The notes below the pieces were generated by a model. It was not told the DNA's origin. It saw only the letters and a list, made by a program, of their open reading frames with translations, and searched no databases. A DNA stretch of 64,000 bases from Octopus bimaculoides. Its lineage: Eukaryota. The position numbers and the translations under genes are program-made. The DNA lies in the NCBI RefSeq assembly GCF_001194135.2, contig NC_068997.1, positions 2,890,355-2,954,354 of the forward strand, read 5' to 3'. Below, one piece after another: positions 26,398 to 39,410 of the stretch. Position 1 is the first letter of the stretch, and the number at the start of each line of letters is the position of its first letter.

Positions 26398-27141
26398 NNN
26401 NNNNNNNNNNNNNNNNNNNNNNNNNNNNNNNNNNNNNNNNNNNNNNNNNNNNNNNNNNNNNNNNNNNNNNNNNNNNNNNNNNNNNNNNNNNNNNNNNNNN
26501 NNNNNNNNNNNNNNNNNNNNNNNNNNNNNNNNNNNNNNNNNNNNNNNNNNNNNNNNNNNNNNNNNNNNNNNNNNNNNNNNNNNNNNNNNNNNNNNNNNNN
26601 NNNNNNNNNNNNNNNNNNNNNNNNNNNNNNNNNNNNNNNNNNNNNNNNNNNNNNNNNNNNNNNNNNNNNNNNNNNNNNNNNNNNNNNNNNNNNNNNNNNN
26701 NNNNNNNNNNNNNNNNNNNNNNNNNNNNNNNNNNNNNNNNNNNNNNNNNNNNNNNNNNNNNNNNNNNNNNNNNNNNNNNNNNNNNNNNNNNNNNNNNNNN
26801 NNNNNNNNNNNNNNNNNNNNNNNNNNNNNNNNNNNNNNNNNNNNNNNNNNNNNNNNNNNNNNNNNNNNNNNNNNNNNNNNNNNNNNNNNNNNNNNNNNNN
26901 NNNNNNNNNNNNNNNNNNNNNNNNNNNNNNNNNNNNNNNNNNNNNNNNNNNNNNNNNNNNNNNNNNNNNNNNNNNNNNNNNNNNNNNNNNNNNNNNNNNN
27001 NNNNNNNNNNNNNNNNNNNNNNNNNNNNNNNNNNNNNNNNNNNNNNNNNNNNNNNNNNNNNNNNNNNNNNNNNNNNNNNNNNNNNNNNNNNNNNNNNNNN
27101 NNNNNNNNNNNNNNNNNNNNNNNNNNNNNNNNNNNNNNNNN

Positions 27142-27176
<35 letters not shown>

Positions 27177-27734
27177 TAAATACTTATACATTTTCATACA
27201 TATTGACAGATACATACACCGATCTATAAATAGTTAGACAGACAAACAGGCAGACAGACAGAACATAGATAGCTAGATACATACATACATACATGCATAC
27301 ATAACACTAATGCATTAAATTATATACAAAACATTGGCAGCCTGGTGCTAGACAGAGGTATGTTGTAATCATATTAGAGTTTTTGTTCAAAGTCCATTCC
27401 GTACTATACCAAAACCTTCTCTCTCTATGCTCAATTCCAGAACAATATTAGTCTTGTCTACGAACCTGCCAGTTTCTTCCTCATACTTTCTCAATTACTG
27501 CCGAAAGGGCAAATTCAAATGGTTTCCGGTGACCCGGCTCGCAATACAATTCCTATACGTGTGTGTGCGTTTGTGTGTGTAGATATATATATATATATAT
27601 ATATAATATATATGTATATATATATATATATACAGAGAGAGAGAGAAGAGAGATGGAGGGAGGGAGAGAACGAGAGGAAGGGAGGTAGAGAGAGAGGGGA
27701 AGAAAAATGGCGAGTGTGGGTACCAATCGATCCT

Positions 27735-27842
27735 GTACTTGTTTAAGAAAAGTGCAAAAGCGACATCGATCGAATTTGAACTGAGCGTGCAGAAAGCTCG
27801 GGCAATTGTAACACATGACTTTATCTAGGACGTTAATGACTT
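27735..27842 (-). mobile_element. SINE family A fragment, old
   Basis: gcaaaagcgacatcgatcgaatttgaactgagcg. Confidence 0.6.
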
Positions 27843-29189
27843 TTAGTAATTCCCTAAGCATTTTAGCAAGTGAAAGGACCACAACCCCCTCATAATAAAA
27901 CAGTTAAATCCTCGATATTTTGATAAGTCAAAGGAGTACCTTTTGCTGGTGATTAGTTTTGAAACGATTATTATTTTCAACACCTGATAAATTTAGTAAC
28001 AACGTGACTTTGCCAACTGTTCTGCAAAGTTACTGTTGATTAAGATATTTTTAGAAATGGGAATCATTTCTTGACCACGTTTGAGATACGAGGAGAAATT
28101 CATAGCATTTAAATCTCACTTAAATTAGTCCCACAGTTCTTTTCAAAGGGACACACTAGATAACATAGTCCTAGATATACCGCTTCAAAAACAAAAAAAA
28201 CAAAAGAAGCAGCATAAAGGAAAGTCAGACTGAAGTGCCTTTTAATTTCTCGATCAGGTCTGACCTTCTGGCCTTGATGTAAACGAGAACAGCAACTACA
28301 AATTATCATAAAGGATTCTGTAATTTATCATCATTAGAGATGTTCCTTCGATTAGACAAAATATTTATCATATAACTAAAACTGATATAAAATGAGATTT
28401 TCAGTGATAGTAAATCTGTTAAATATATGAATATTAAACATACGAAAACTAATGTATCTAGTATGTAATTATATTATTATTAATATTAAGTATGGTTTTC
28501 TGTATCAAATATTGATCTAGTACTGAGTTATCTTTCTTAGGTCTAAACAAGACATTTACTATGTAATTAGAACATAACGCCGTCTGAAATACTACAACGA
28601 GAAACATTATACGAAAGTTGGCTCGCCTGCTAAATTTGCACTAAGTTTATAAAATATACATTAAGTAATGTTTCGTATATTGGAATATTTTATAAACAGA
28701 CCGGTTAATTGTTAGCTTTATGATACATGGAGATAAATCTGAAATTTCAGTAAACTAATAATGGCTTTTATCGGTATCATTTAGTCAAGACGAGGCTACA
28801 AGAGGAGCCGTGGTTAATTGTGTTTAATTACCGCCGTGAGCCGTCGAGAATTTGAAGTTTCTAACATTTGTCCTGTCGTCTGTGAAGTCCGATGAGGAAG
28901 AGCAAAGTGGGGTTTGCTGGGAAGTGGTCCAATATATTATGAAGGATTTCAAACGATGGAATTAAGTGTAACATACAGTAAAATCGTGTACGAGAGTCAG
29001 AAGTGTGCATGTTCGAGATGAAAGAAAAGAAAGAAAAAATAGAATAGACATTACTTCCGTTGATTCGATTGCAATGACTTCATATTTTGAGAGAATAAAG
29101 AATAAATGTTTTAACATTATAAGAAGTTACAAACTCTAAATTGAATGTGAAATAATTAGTTTGTGGATCTCGAAGCAAATAAAGCTATA

Positions 29190-29623
29190 AATAAGAACAA
29201 GGTTAAAAATTTTGGGGGAGGGCGCCAGTCGATTAGATCAACCTCAGTAGGCAACTGGTACTTAATTTATCGACCCCGAAAGGATGGAAGGCAAAGATGA
29301 CCTCGGCAGAATTTGAACTCAGAACGCAAAGACAGACGAAATATCGCTAAGAATTTCGCCCGGCGTGCTAACGTTTCTACTAGCTCGCCGCCTTAGAATA
29401 TGTAAATATTCCTTCCTTCTATAAGTACAAACCTGAAATTCTGGGGGAGGGTGTAAGCCAATTACCTCGACCCCAGTGTTTCACCGGTACTTAATTTATT
29501 GACCCCGAAAGGATGAAAGGCAAAGGCGACCCCGGTGGCATTTGAACACAGAACATGAAGCCAGACGAAATACCACTAAGCATTTCGCCTGGCGTGCTAA
29601 CGTTTCTGTCTGTTCGCCGCCTT
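29190..29623 (-). mobile_element. Two head-to-tail SINE family A copies (29190-29394, 29411-29623)
   Basis: Two near full-length bodies. An 18-bp direct repeat ttagaa(t/c)atgtaaatatt lies at 29393-29410 and 29622-29639. Confidence 0.95.
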
Positions 29624-29949
29624 AGAACATGTAAATATTGAATGGTTACGTACCATTAACGCTGAAGTTGACTTGCTGCCTAAATTTCCAACTTGAACTT
29701 GAACTGGAATTAAAAGAGCAGGGATGATATAGTTGTTTAATTAAGATTGTCTTTAAGCAGTGTATCAACGGGGCAGGTACATGCATAGCAAGGTAAAGGT
29801 TTAAACGAGCAAAAAAAAAAGAGAAAAAAGAAAAAAAAACTGGTATCAGGTGAGATTATGGCATCTGTATCTTAAATCGTGAAGACTGAGTTGCCACATC
29901 AACATGGATCATAAGATGTAAAGAAGTAATAAAGTGTGCAGGAAGTCTA

Positions 29950-30093
29950 TTATGCATAGGCGCGATAACCACACACGGTTCCAGGTCCAGTCCAACTTAG
30001 TACCACCCTAAACAACTGTCTTCTACTATGGCGTCGGACAGAGAAAAGCCTTGTGAGTGGATTTGAATGACGGAAACCTAAAGAATCCCACCG
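29950..30093 (+). mobile_element. SINE family C, diverged 5' part
   Basis: tgtcttctactatggcgtcgg...aagccttgtgagtggatttg..gacggaaac; homologous to 52710-52870. Confidence 0.8.
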
Positions 30094-30296
30094 AATATAT
30101 ATATATATATATANNNNNNNNNNNNNNNNNNNNNNNNNNNNNNNNNNNNNNNNNNNNNNNNNNNNNNNNNNNNNNNNNNNNNNNNNNNNNNNNNNNNNNN
30201 NNNNNNNNNNNNNNNNNNNNNNNNNNNNNNNNNNNNNNNNNNNNNNNNNNNNNNNNNNNNNNNNNNNNNNNNNNNTATATATATATGATATTTATA

Positions 30297-30690
30297 TATG
30301 AGGTGTGTTCTAAAAGTATCCGACTTTATTTTTCCCTGCCGAAACTGATGCCATAAGGGCAAAATCCTTTGGGTAGGAGGTGAAATTACCTTTCGTACCG
30401 GCTGCGTCAGCTCCGAAATATTAAACCTAAAGTACAGACGTGTAGGGCACGCTCGTTGGATTTTCGTCTTCTGAGAATTAATTTATCAAGCAGAGATATT
30501 GCATCCAGTTTTGTCAAAAGCTTGTCGATACTCAAGCTGAAACTATCCAGAAGATTCAGCAGGCATTTGGTAATGATGCCATGCACCAGAACTCAGATTA
30601 ATATAGCGTACAACCACTTTAAACATGACCGCACGTCAGTGGAGAGCGAGGCAATCTCAGACAGGCCATCCACTATCCATGCCGGTATCA
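30297..30690 (+). mobile_element. mariner transposon 5' remnant (TIR plus N-terminal HTH)
   Basis: TIR-like tatgaggtgtgttctaaaagtatccgact; QRYCIQFCQKLVDTQAETIQKIQQAFGNDAM; RTQINIAYNHFKHDRTSVESEAISDRPST. Confidence 0.9.
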
Positions 30691-31069
30691 GTACCGCTCA
30701 ACAGCGACCTGGCATAAATAAATAAATAAATAAATAAACTCTCTCAACAAACACTTAAACTCTCTGTAACAAGCAGGTGTTCTATACAAGTGTATATTTC
30801 TGTCACTGATTCAATTCTCCTTTAGATGTTTTCTTGAAGCTTACTGAGCTCATGATCCAGAACTCTGTTGATCGAAACTGCTTTCTACTAAATTGTTATT
30901 TTCTTTTAAAGGCAGTACTCTAGCACGGCCACAGCCTCTACTTGAGAACGGTAAATATAAAAGCATTAAGATATAATAAATAAAGTTTAGAATAAAATTA
31001 GTTTATTACTTGAACCGTAAGCCACAACAAACACTTAAATTTATTCCACCATAATTAATTTTAGTCTTA

Positions 31070-32200
31070 TATCTTTTATTAAATATTCAATTAGATACAA
31101 ACGTGCCTGGAAACTGTCTTTGGTCATTTCTTTAATATATTTTTTTAATTAAACCAATTCTAATAAGAAAAGTTTTGATAGAATTATGTTCTTGGAATCA
31201 ACTAAAGGTGAAGAGCGGACACGGGTCAATCTGGAATATGTGTTGACCTTAGGAGTCAGTCACTAAGCTATCTGAATCGAGAGGCTTTTGTAAAATCTTT
31301 CTGCATTCCTCTGAGCATGCCAATGTCTTTGAAGTTGCCATAGAGATTCTATTGATGTATACAGTAATAAATGGTATCAGCTGTATTTCCATGTTATCGT
31401 ATGTCTCTTTTAGGTGGACAGAGTGGACAATGCAAAGGCATGGCTTTTATATTGCCATTATGCAATAGAACTGATCTCAAACACCTTCGATATGGATCAA
31501 TGAAGAAATACACTCCCTTCTGCTTCATGACTTTGTAACAAGTTTGTGAAGAATTCGTTTATGTCATTCCACTATCAGAAAAGGTCAAAATTAAATTAAA
31601 ATTAAAATGTAGCCAAATTAAAAATTCTGCCTTCGGTTTTATGATCAAGTATATTTAGAATACTTGAGACGAGAAGAACTACTTTCTCTTTAGATAACCA
31701 CGTTCAAACTATTTTCAATATATAAAATTGGATCTAAATTTCTTTCTGCTATGCATCAAAGATCTGTAGAAATTCTAGTACCATTTATATCGTGTCGCTA
31801 TGCACTTCAACATTCTCAAGATAGTAGCTATTATTTTGGTTAAAGAGAGTGGCCATTTTTTCATCGTGATGGCTTGGGTTTACATGTTGACTGCAATTTG
31901 TATTTTCTGCTTGCGGCTGCAAACCCAGCTTTATTGATATGAACAAAATAACAATCAGTATTAAGAATTTATCGTTTTCTCCATATTACGAGTGTGGTAA
32001 GATCATCCAACATATCTCGTTGATGAACCAATCCTGTCGTCCACATGAATAAGAAGGGTAGAGTCAGTGGAATCGCCACTTGTGATCATGCTCACTTATA
32101 TAATAACTACCAAAGAATATTTTGCATATTTTCATAAATCCATTCCATTTTGAAAAATCGTCGTTGAATCGCAGGTGTTAAAATAGTTTCTGATTTAAAC
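31070..32200 (-). mobile_element. Decayed DNA transposase, Chapaev (CMC, Chapaev3-like) family
   Basis: Minus-strand motifs: LVIWRK...TDCYF..NKAGF; YFFIDPYRRCLRSVLLHNGN; LKETYDNMEI; PLVDSKNIIL. Superfamily name is from recalled motif similarity. Confidence 0.75.
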
Positions 32201-32575
32201 GCGTGACCAATAATATATAAGGCGAGGACTGAAGTCGATACAAAGGATCTTATTAATTAAGCGGTAGGTTTTTTTACCTCTCCTCTTCACACCTCTCCCC
32301 TTCATCATCAACATCATTATCAACGTCATCATCATCATCAGCAACAAATCAAAAATTGTACATATGTCAAGCAGTATGACCCTCGATAGAATAAATTCTT
32401 CAAACTTTAAAGGCACGTACCATCTTCTGTGTCTTGAAGATGGTTCTAGAACAATGCCAGCAGTTCATTCAACCGTGTGTACAAATTCAAAAATTAAATG
32501 AATATAATTGATAATGAAATTTTGTAAGACAGCAGCAAAGTTGTCAGTGCAAAATGTATTTATTGAACAACTGTG

Positions 32576-32758
32576 ACACCCGTTTTCAGATAAACACGCC
32601 TTCCAACCTTTTTACATAAACTATTCCACCGCCCGATTTAGATAAATAACCTTGATACCCGTTTTCGATAAACAACTTTGCCACTCATTTTCGATAAATA
32701 ATTCTGCCACCCGGTTTAGATAAACCTCTCTACAACCCGTTTTTAATAACTCCGCCCC
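32576..32758 (+). repeat. Degenerate ~26-bp minisatellite (ccacccgttttcgataaacaactttg-like), about 7 units
   Basis: Recurring acccg(t/g)ttt..gataaa. Confidence 0.8.
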
Positions 32759-33560
32759 TCATTCTATGATGCAAGTTCTAATACGCTGACAAATATGAAA
32801 AGAGTACACAGTGTTGTATATATATANNNNNNNNNNNNNNNNNNNNNNNNNNNNNNNNNNNNNNNNNNNNNNNNNNNNNNNNNNNNNNNNNNNNNNNNAT
32901 ATATATATATATATGTATGTATGTATGTATATTGCATAGAATATACAGACTAGTGTGTATACACACTGTTATGCATGCGAATTCAACGACGAGGTTGATG
33001 TCTTTATATTTCTATGAGCTCGGAAATATCAAATGAAATTTCTTTTCTAATTGTGCAACGAAATAATAATAATGATGATGATGATGATGATGATGAGCAT
33101 GACGACGACGACGACGATGTTGATGATGATGATTATGATGATAAATAAATAAATAAAAATAAGTTTGCTTTTAATTTTTAATTGCATCTTTGAGTGGGGA
33201 ATGTAACGAAGCCAAAACTATGCGGTCTACTGAGTTGAAATGCTAGGGAAACATGGTTTGGGACAGTGAATGTGTGCGTGTGGGATGGATGAAGGGTTGT
33301 TGTGAATAACAAGATATTCGTTAGACATTTTAATATAAACAACAACAACAGGAACAAGCAGATCCGACTCTGTTCTGTCTTTATTTCCTAGTTTTCTTAT
33401 TTAAGATTCCGTTTTCTACTTTCTGTATTCATAAATTTCATGAAGCAATTCAAGTAGATCGCTCGCTGAAAGGGCATAGCGCTCTTCTGTAAAGCTGCAT
33501 CAATGACGTACTGGTGTCGATCATCATTTTAATAGAGAAACGAGAAAGAGAAGGAAAAAG

Positions 33561-33607
<47 letters not shown>

Positions 33608-34132
33608 GTTTGTGTTTGTGTGTGTGAAATATAGTGTTCATAAAGTAAAAGAGATATAGATAGAAGTAATGAGAAAAGAAAGAAGTAGTGAGAGTACGCG
33701 TGTGTTTTCGAATGAGAGTTTGTCCTTTAATGATGTTGCTGTGTAATAAATAGCACAAATTTTATCTTCGCGTAAACACACCAGACTGCTGGCGAAATAT
33801 ATAACTGATTACATATGGATGCCATACATACATAAATACATATACACACACATATATAAACACACANNNNNNNNNNNNNNNNNNNNNNNNNNNNNNNNNN
33901 NNNNNNNNNNNNNNNNNNNNNNNNNNNNNNNNNNNNNNNNNNNNNNNNNNNNNNNNNNNNNNNNNNNNNNNNNNNNNNNNNNACATATTCAATATCTATG
34001 TAATTACCTATGTAAATATATTTAATATATACGCTTGTGTAAGCGCATGAGTGTGTATGTATATATATTTACATATACTTAGACATACACACATATATAT
34101 ATATATATATATATAAAATGCATACATACATA

Positions 34133-34174
<42 letters not shown>

Positions 34175-34912
34175 CATATGTATACGTTTATTTACATATA
34201 AGTATGATCCCACACATACCTTCGTACACATAGGCACCGATATATACATTTGTAGTTGTAGGTGCATACAGATATATATATACAAACTTGTGTGCATATG
34301 CATACACATAACAAGACGGATATCTTGACACACATACGCACACGCACACTATACGCACGAAAACACACGCAAAACACCGACCACACACACACGCACGCAT
34401 GCACATACACTGACACACACACACACACACACACATACACTCACACACACACGCGCACACGCGCGCACAGACACATTCATATGTTCTTTTATTGATAATG
34501 TTTAATATTCTCAAAGCAATCAACACATCTCTTTATCCAAGTGTCTGTGTTGTCTACTATTGGACAAAGAACTCTGACTTTCACCTCTTTCTTCGCCACC
34601 TCCCTCTCCTCCTGCCCATTATTCATCTCCTCCTCTTCCTCTCCACCCTCCTCCTCCTCCTCCTCCTCCTCGTTCGTGTGTACCGCTACTAAAAACCAAC
34701 CACCATAAACTTTTGCATTAAAAACTCATGAGTTTTTCACTCCAATGTACTGGGAACATAAAACAGAGAAAATATCAACAGTAGATTCAAAGTCAGGAAC
34801 TCGGATATGTGTACGCGTGCGTGTGCTCACCAACGCACGCACATACACACGTATACAAATGTGTGTGTATGTGTGTACATATATATATATATATGTGTAT
34901 ATGTATATTACG

Positions 34913-34945
<33 letters not shown>

Positions 34946-35024
34946 GTATATGTACGTTACGTATATATATATTTGTATATAAATATGCGTATACATATAC
35001 AAATATGCTTAAATATGTGCGTGC

Positions 35025-35055
<31 letters not shown>

Positions 35056-35199
35056 CGTGTGAGCATTGCCTTGCGTGTATTTGTAAATATTTAGCATAAG
35101 TAACTCAAGAGCCGAGAGTTTCGTGCGTTGGCACTACTCAAACGTGTCCTCTCTCTCTCTCTCTTTCTCTCTCTATCTATCTACCTATCTCTCTCTCTC

Positions 35200-35283
<84 letters not shown>

Positions 35284-35464
35284 TATCTATCTGTGTGTGT
35301 GTGTGTGTGTGTATATATATGTGCATACACACACACATATATAGATACATAGATACATACATACACACGTATACACATTCATTTTTGTATATATATGTAT
35401 ATATTTATATACAACATATTCATATGTATGTATTTACAATACAAACACACACACACATATATAC

Positions 35465-35507
<43 letters not shown>

Positions 35508-36127
35508 TTACATATGAATGTATATGTATAGATATATATTCTCATACATTAATTAGTGTCTGTGTATATATGCGAGTTCGCGCGTGTGTGTATGTGTAAT
35601 TTGTCATTCACTGAGTGGCATGATTTGCAATAAACAAGCGAACCACATAATAGAAGACATATATGGATTAGGGTAATTGATTGATCAAGCCCGAAACTTA
35701 GCGGAGAGATGGCACAGCTTCATCGTTGAGACATCAAGAAATGAGCTAAATGTGGCTGTGTAATATGTTAGATCTTCTATGAAGAATATGGCTGAGTATT
35801 CAGAAGAATATGAAGTGTTCATTTGGAGAAAGTAAGCTTTGATATCCATTAAACACCCTATTTTCTGGAATATGCAGAAGGACAAAATACAATAACCACG
35901 ACAAGAGGAAGCACATGGGACAGAGAGTCTCTGATGAAGTCACAGATTGTGTGAGGAAAGGACTTTGGCAGACGTATAAATTAAAAAATAATACGAATAA
36001 AAACTAAAATGGATATCAAATATACAGTTGCGAGTGTTTAGTTGGCAAAAACAGAAAACAACTCACCGTTAACATGCATAACAGTATGCGTGTGTGTGTG
36101 TTTGCGTGTACGTGTGTACATATATAA

Positions 36128-36328
36128 CAGGGTGGGCCAAAACCAAAACAATTGTCACTTATAATGTTATTATTATTATTATTAATACTCTTGATCTTGC
36201 TCATCGTGTACATGTATGTGTGTATTCAACATTATTTTATTTATCCTATTCAATTTTAGAAAAATTAGGCATGTCTTTGACAATTCCGGAGGTTATTGAA
36301 TTTATTTTGTGTGCAACCTTTGGCTCGA

Positions 36329-36332
<4 letters not shown>
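36128..36332. mobile_element. Possible Tc1/mariner-type MITE
   Basis: Left end cagggtgggccaaaa; right end (reverse complement) taggtcgagccaaag, 10/15 match; TA-rich flanks. Confidence 0.4.
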
Positions 36333-36408
<76 letters not shown>

Positions 36409-36429
36409 CACACACACACACACAAACAC

Positions 36430-36467
<38 letters not shown>

Positions 36468-37134
36468 GCGCGCACACACACATATATATATATATATGAA
36501 CAGGAAGTTGTACAATTTACTGGTGTTATTTATTCAGCATTACATAAATGTCTTTTTCTAATAGGAATTACAGAGTTCGATAGACATGTAAAGAATTTCC
36601 TGTTAGAAAATCTTCAGACAGAGAATAAAATAATACAAATTTTACATTTGGAGGAAGTGTTTATATTTACTTAGTAATCAGGAGCATTATACATCGTTGG
36701 GGTGAAGTAAGAAAGAGCCAATCAAATATTACAACCAACAAGGAGGCACAGAGACTGAGTTGTACGCATACACACTCACACACGCATATACACACGCACA
36801 TATACACATTCAAATATATGCGTACGCGCACACACATACACACATATGCACATACACACACATATATACACACACATATGCACCCATTGACATAAATACA
36901 CACTCATATATACGCGTAAATCTTTACTTACATGAACATATATATATATGCACACACACATATAAACACAATCTCTCACACACACGAACACATATATAAG
37001 TTCAAACACATACACATTTGCATGCATACAGACATTAGTTTGAAAGACGGCTGCAAATAGTCACATATAATTATTCTGGCATGACATGTGTATGTGTGTG
37101 TGTGCGTTTGTGTGTGTGTGTCTGTCTGTCTGTC

Positions 37135-37178
<44 letters not shown>

Positions 37179-38539
37179 TGTGTTTCGGGGGTGGGGGCCA
37201 AAACGGCGATTCTTCGGCTATCAATAATCGTCTACATGAACATTAATATGCTCATGAAATAGGTTGGCCTGGCTCCTTATACTTTTTCATCACAGTTCAT
37301 ATAAAACTGATATAAAGAAATGCTCGAGCTTTATAATTATCTATTGTGTATAAATTCATACCAGAGGTTTATGCTCTTGCGTTAATAGCTTTTCTGACTT
37401 TTGCAGGAAGAGAGACAAGCGTTCTACATTAATTTCAAATTACCCCAAATAAGAAATTGCAATGATATTTTAAATTTCAACTCGGTCTGTTTTAGTCTCA
37501 TACGCCTTGATTGTGTCACCATGTTTCCCCTTCAAATTGAAACCAGTTAGTTACATTATAAATTCATGAGGATATGTTGATAGTACGTAGAATGATATTT
37601 TTCAATACACTTTTCCAGAATATGATATATATTGTGCGTAATACTTCAAAGTGACAACAAATGGAAAAAAATTATCTGATGTCTCTTCTTTATCTTTCAC
37701 TACTTGTCACATTTCTCTTTTCACAATGGCCATTTTCGCATTATCTGTTTAGAATAATATTGATATAATTTATGAACACAATATTTTTTATTATTTTACT
37801 TCATGCTGGAGCATCTCCCTCTAATACACCAATAAACAACAGAAACAATTTTAAACTATACTGCTAGACCATTGTTTAGTGTGGCGGGTAGGAATAATGG
37901 GAAGCAGAGAAATTTGAGGTCAGCAAAGGTTACAGAAGAATGTCAGACGACTGAGCTCATGAGTAAGTAAGATCGTTAAACATTTGAGTGCGTGAGAAGT
38001 AGGGTTGAGACTGGTTGCAGACGGCTTTAAGAGTCTAGCCTTGACCGCACTCGTAGAAGTGTATATATCGAGTTGGTAGTCTTTAGACGCAAGCTATTTT
38101 TACAAGTGTCATTGAATAACTTTGAAGAAAGATGAGATCATCAGAGTGTAAGAAACGAAGACATGAAGTTGAAAACAAAACTGTTAAGCTAGAATGGGAG
38201 AAAGATTCTGTATTCACTATTAAGGTGAGTACACATTTGTGCCTTATTTCTCATAAGTTACTTAGTCATTAGAAAGCCAGGAAACTGAAGAAATTCTTAA
38301 AGCTTCTCACTTGGCTATCAATTTAAATCAGATTTAAAGAAAATCAATGTAAGTTTATTAAAATCACGAAATACTCAGCAGACTCTGTTGACAATGTTCA
38401 GCAAGGAAGCCGAAACAACGACTGAAACTAGTTTTGTTATATCAGAGAATATTACTCGTGATAAACACCTTCATTTTGATGGCGAAATTGTTAAGCAGAA
38501 TTTAGCAGATGTTGCTGGTGTGTTAAATCCGAATAACAC

Positions 38540-38881
38540 AGCGACTGACAAGCGTAGCAACGTTAGTGTCATGATGCGATCAGAAATGACTATGGGTAGA
38601 GAAAGAAGGGATCGAGCTATTTCTATCTTGATGGCAAAACCAACACCAGAGTACCGTGGCTCATGCTCATTTCTTCCAAACAAGAGAAATATGTATCCAA
38701 CTTTACTCCCTTCTGACTGTGATGATCCTGCAAGACGAGTTCCAATGATTGCAACTATGTCAATGCTGTATTTCTGTGGTTCAGGGGCATCCAGTGCTGT
38801 TCGTCGTTCTGGTGCTGAGTGATATTCTCAGAGAGTGCGCACATTCCAAGAACCAAGGTTAATATTCTTAGATTTCTTCAT
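38540..38881 (-). mobile_element. RTE-clade LINE 5' remnant, APE endonuclease domain
   Basis: MKKSKNINLGSWNVRTL*..APERRTAL...YSIDIVAIIGTRLAG...GYIFLLFGR..EPRYSGVGFAIKIEIARSLLSLPIVISDRIMTL. Confidence 0.92.
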
Positions 38882-39016
38882 GTATTCTCCTCATCTCTCT
38901 CTCTCTCTCTCTCTCTCGCTCTCTCTCTCTCTCTCCACACACACACGCGCGTATGTATACACACACAAATAATAAAGGAGGATTATTCACAATTTACAAC
39001 CGAATGAGAAACGTAT

Positions 39017-39298
39017 AGACGTCCCTTAAGTGACTAGGGGTACTACTTAGCACCAGCCTTGCTAGAAATAAGATTCAAACCAACTCATACGCATGAGAAA
39101 GCACTTTTGACTGACAAGGGAGGCAGTCATCGAGCGTTAATCAAATGTGAAATCGCTGGTGATCTAGCTATGTGCCGGATGCTTTAGGGAGTTACATCCC
39201 TTGTCAGTCATAAGATAAATACTTTCTCGTGGCAATGAGATTCCTATTTCTCGTAATTCTGGGGCTAACTAGCACCCTTAGTCACTTTAGTGACGTCT
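39017..39298. mobile_element. Foldback MITE with ~37-bp TIRs and an internal inverted repeat
   Basis: TIRs 39018-39054 and 39261-39297 match 31/37. Internal perfect 14-bp IR tgactgacaaggga (39108-39121) / tcccttgtcagtca (39197-39210). Confidence 0.85.
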
Positions 39299-39330
39299 CT
39301 CTCTCCCTATCACTCTCTTTCTGTATACAC

Positions 39331-39410
<80 letters not shown>

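Noticed and set aside
34720-34737. Perfect 18-bp palindrome aaaaactcatgagttttt
   Set aside because: About this many are expected by chance in 64 kb of AT-rich DNA.
38388-38822. 144-aa plus-strand ORF
   Set aside because: It is antisense to the RTE endonuclease remnant.
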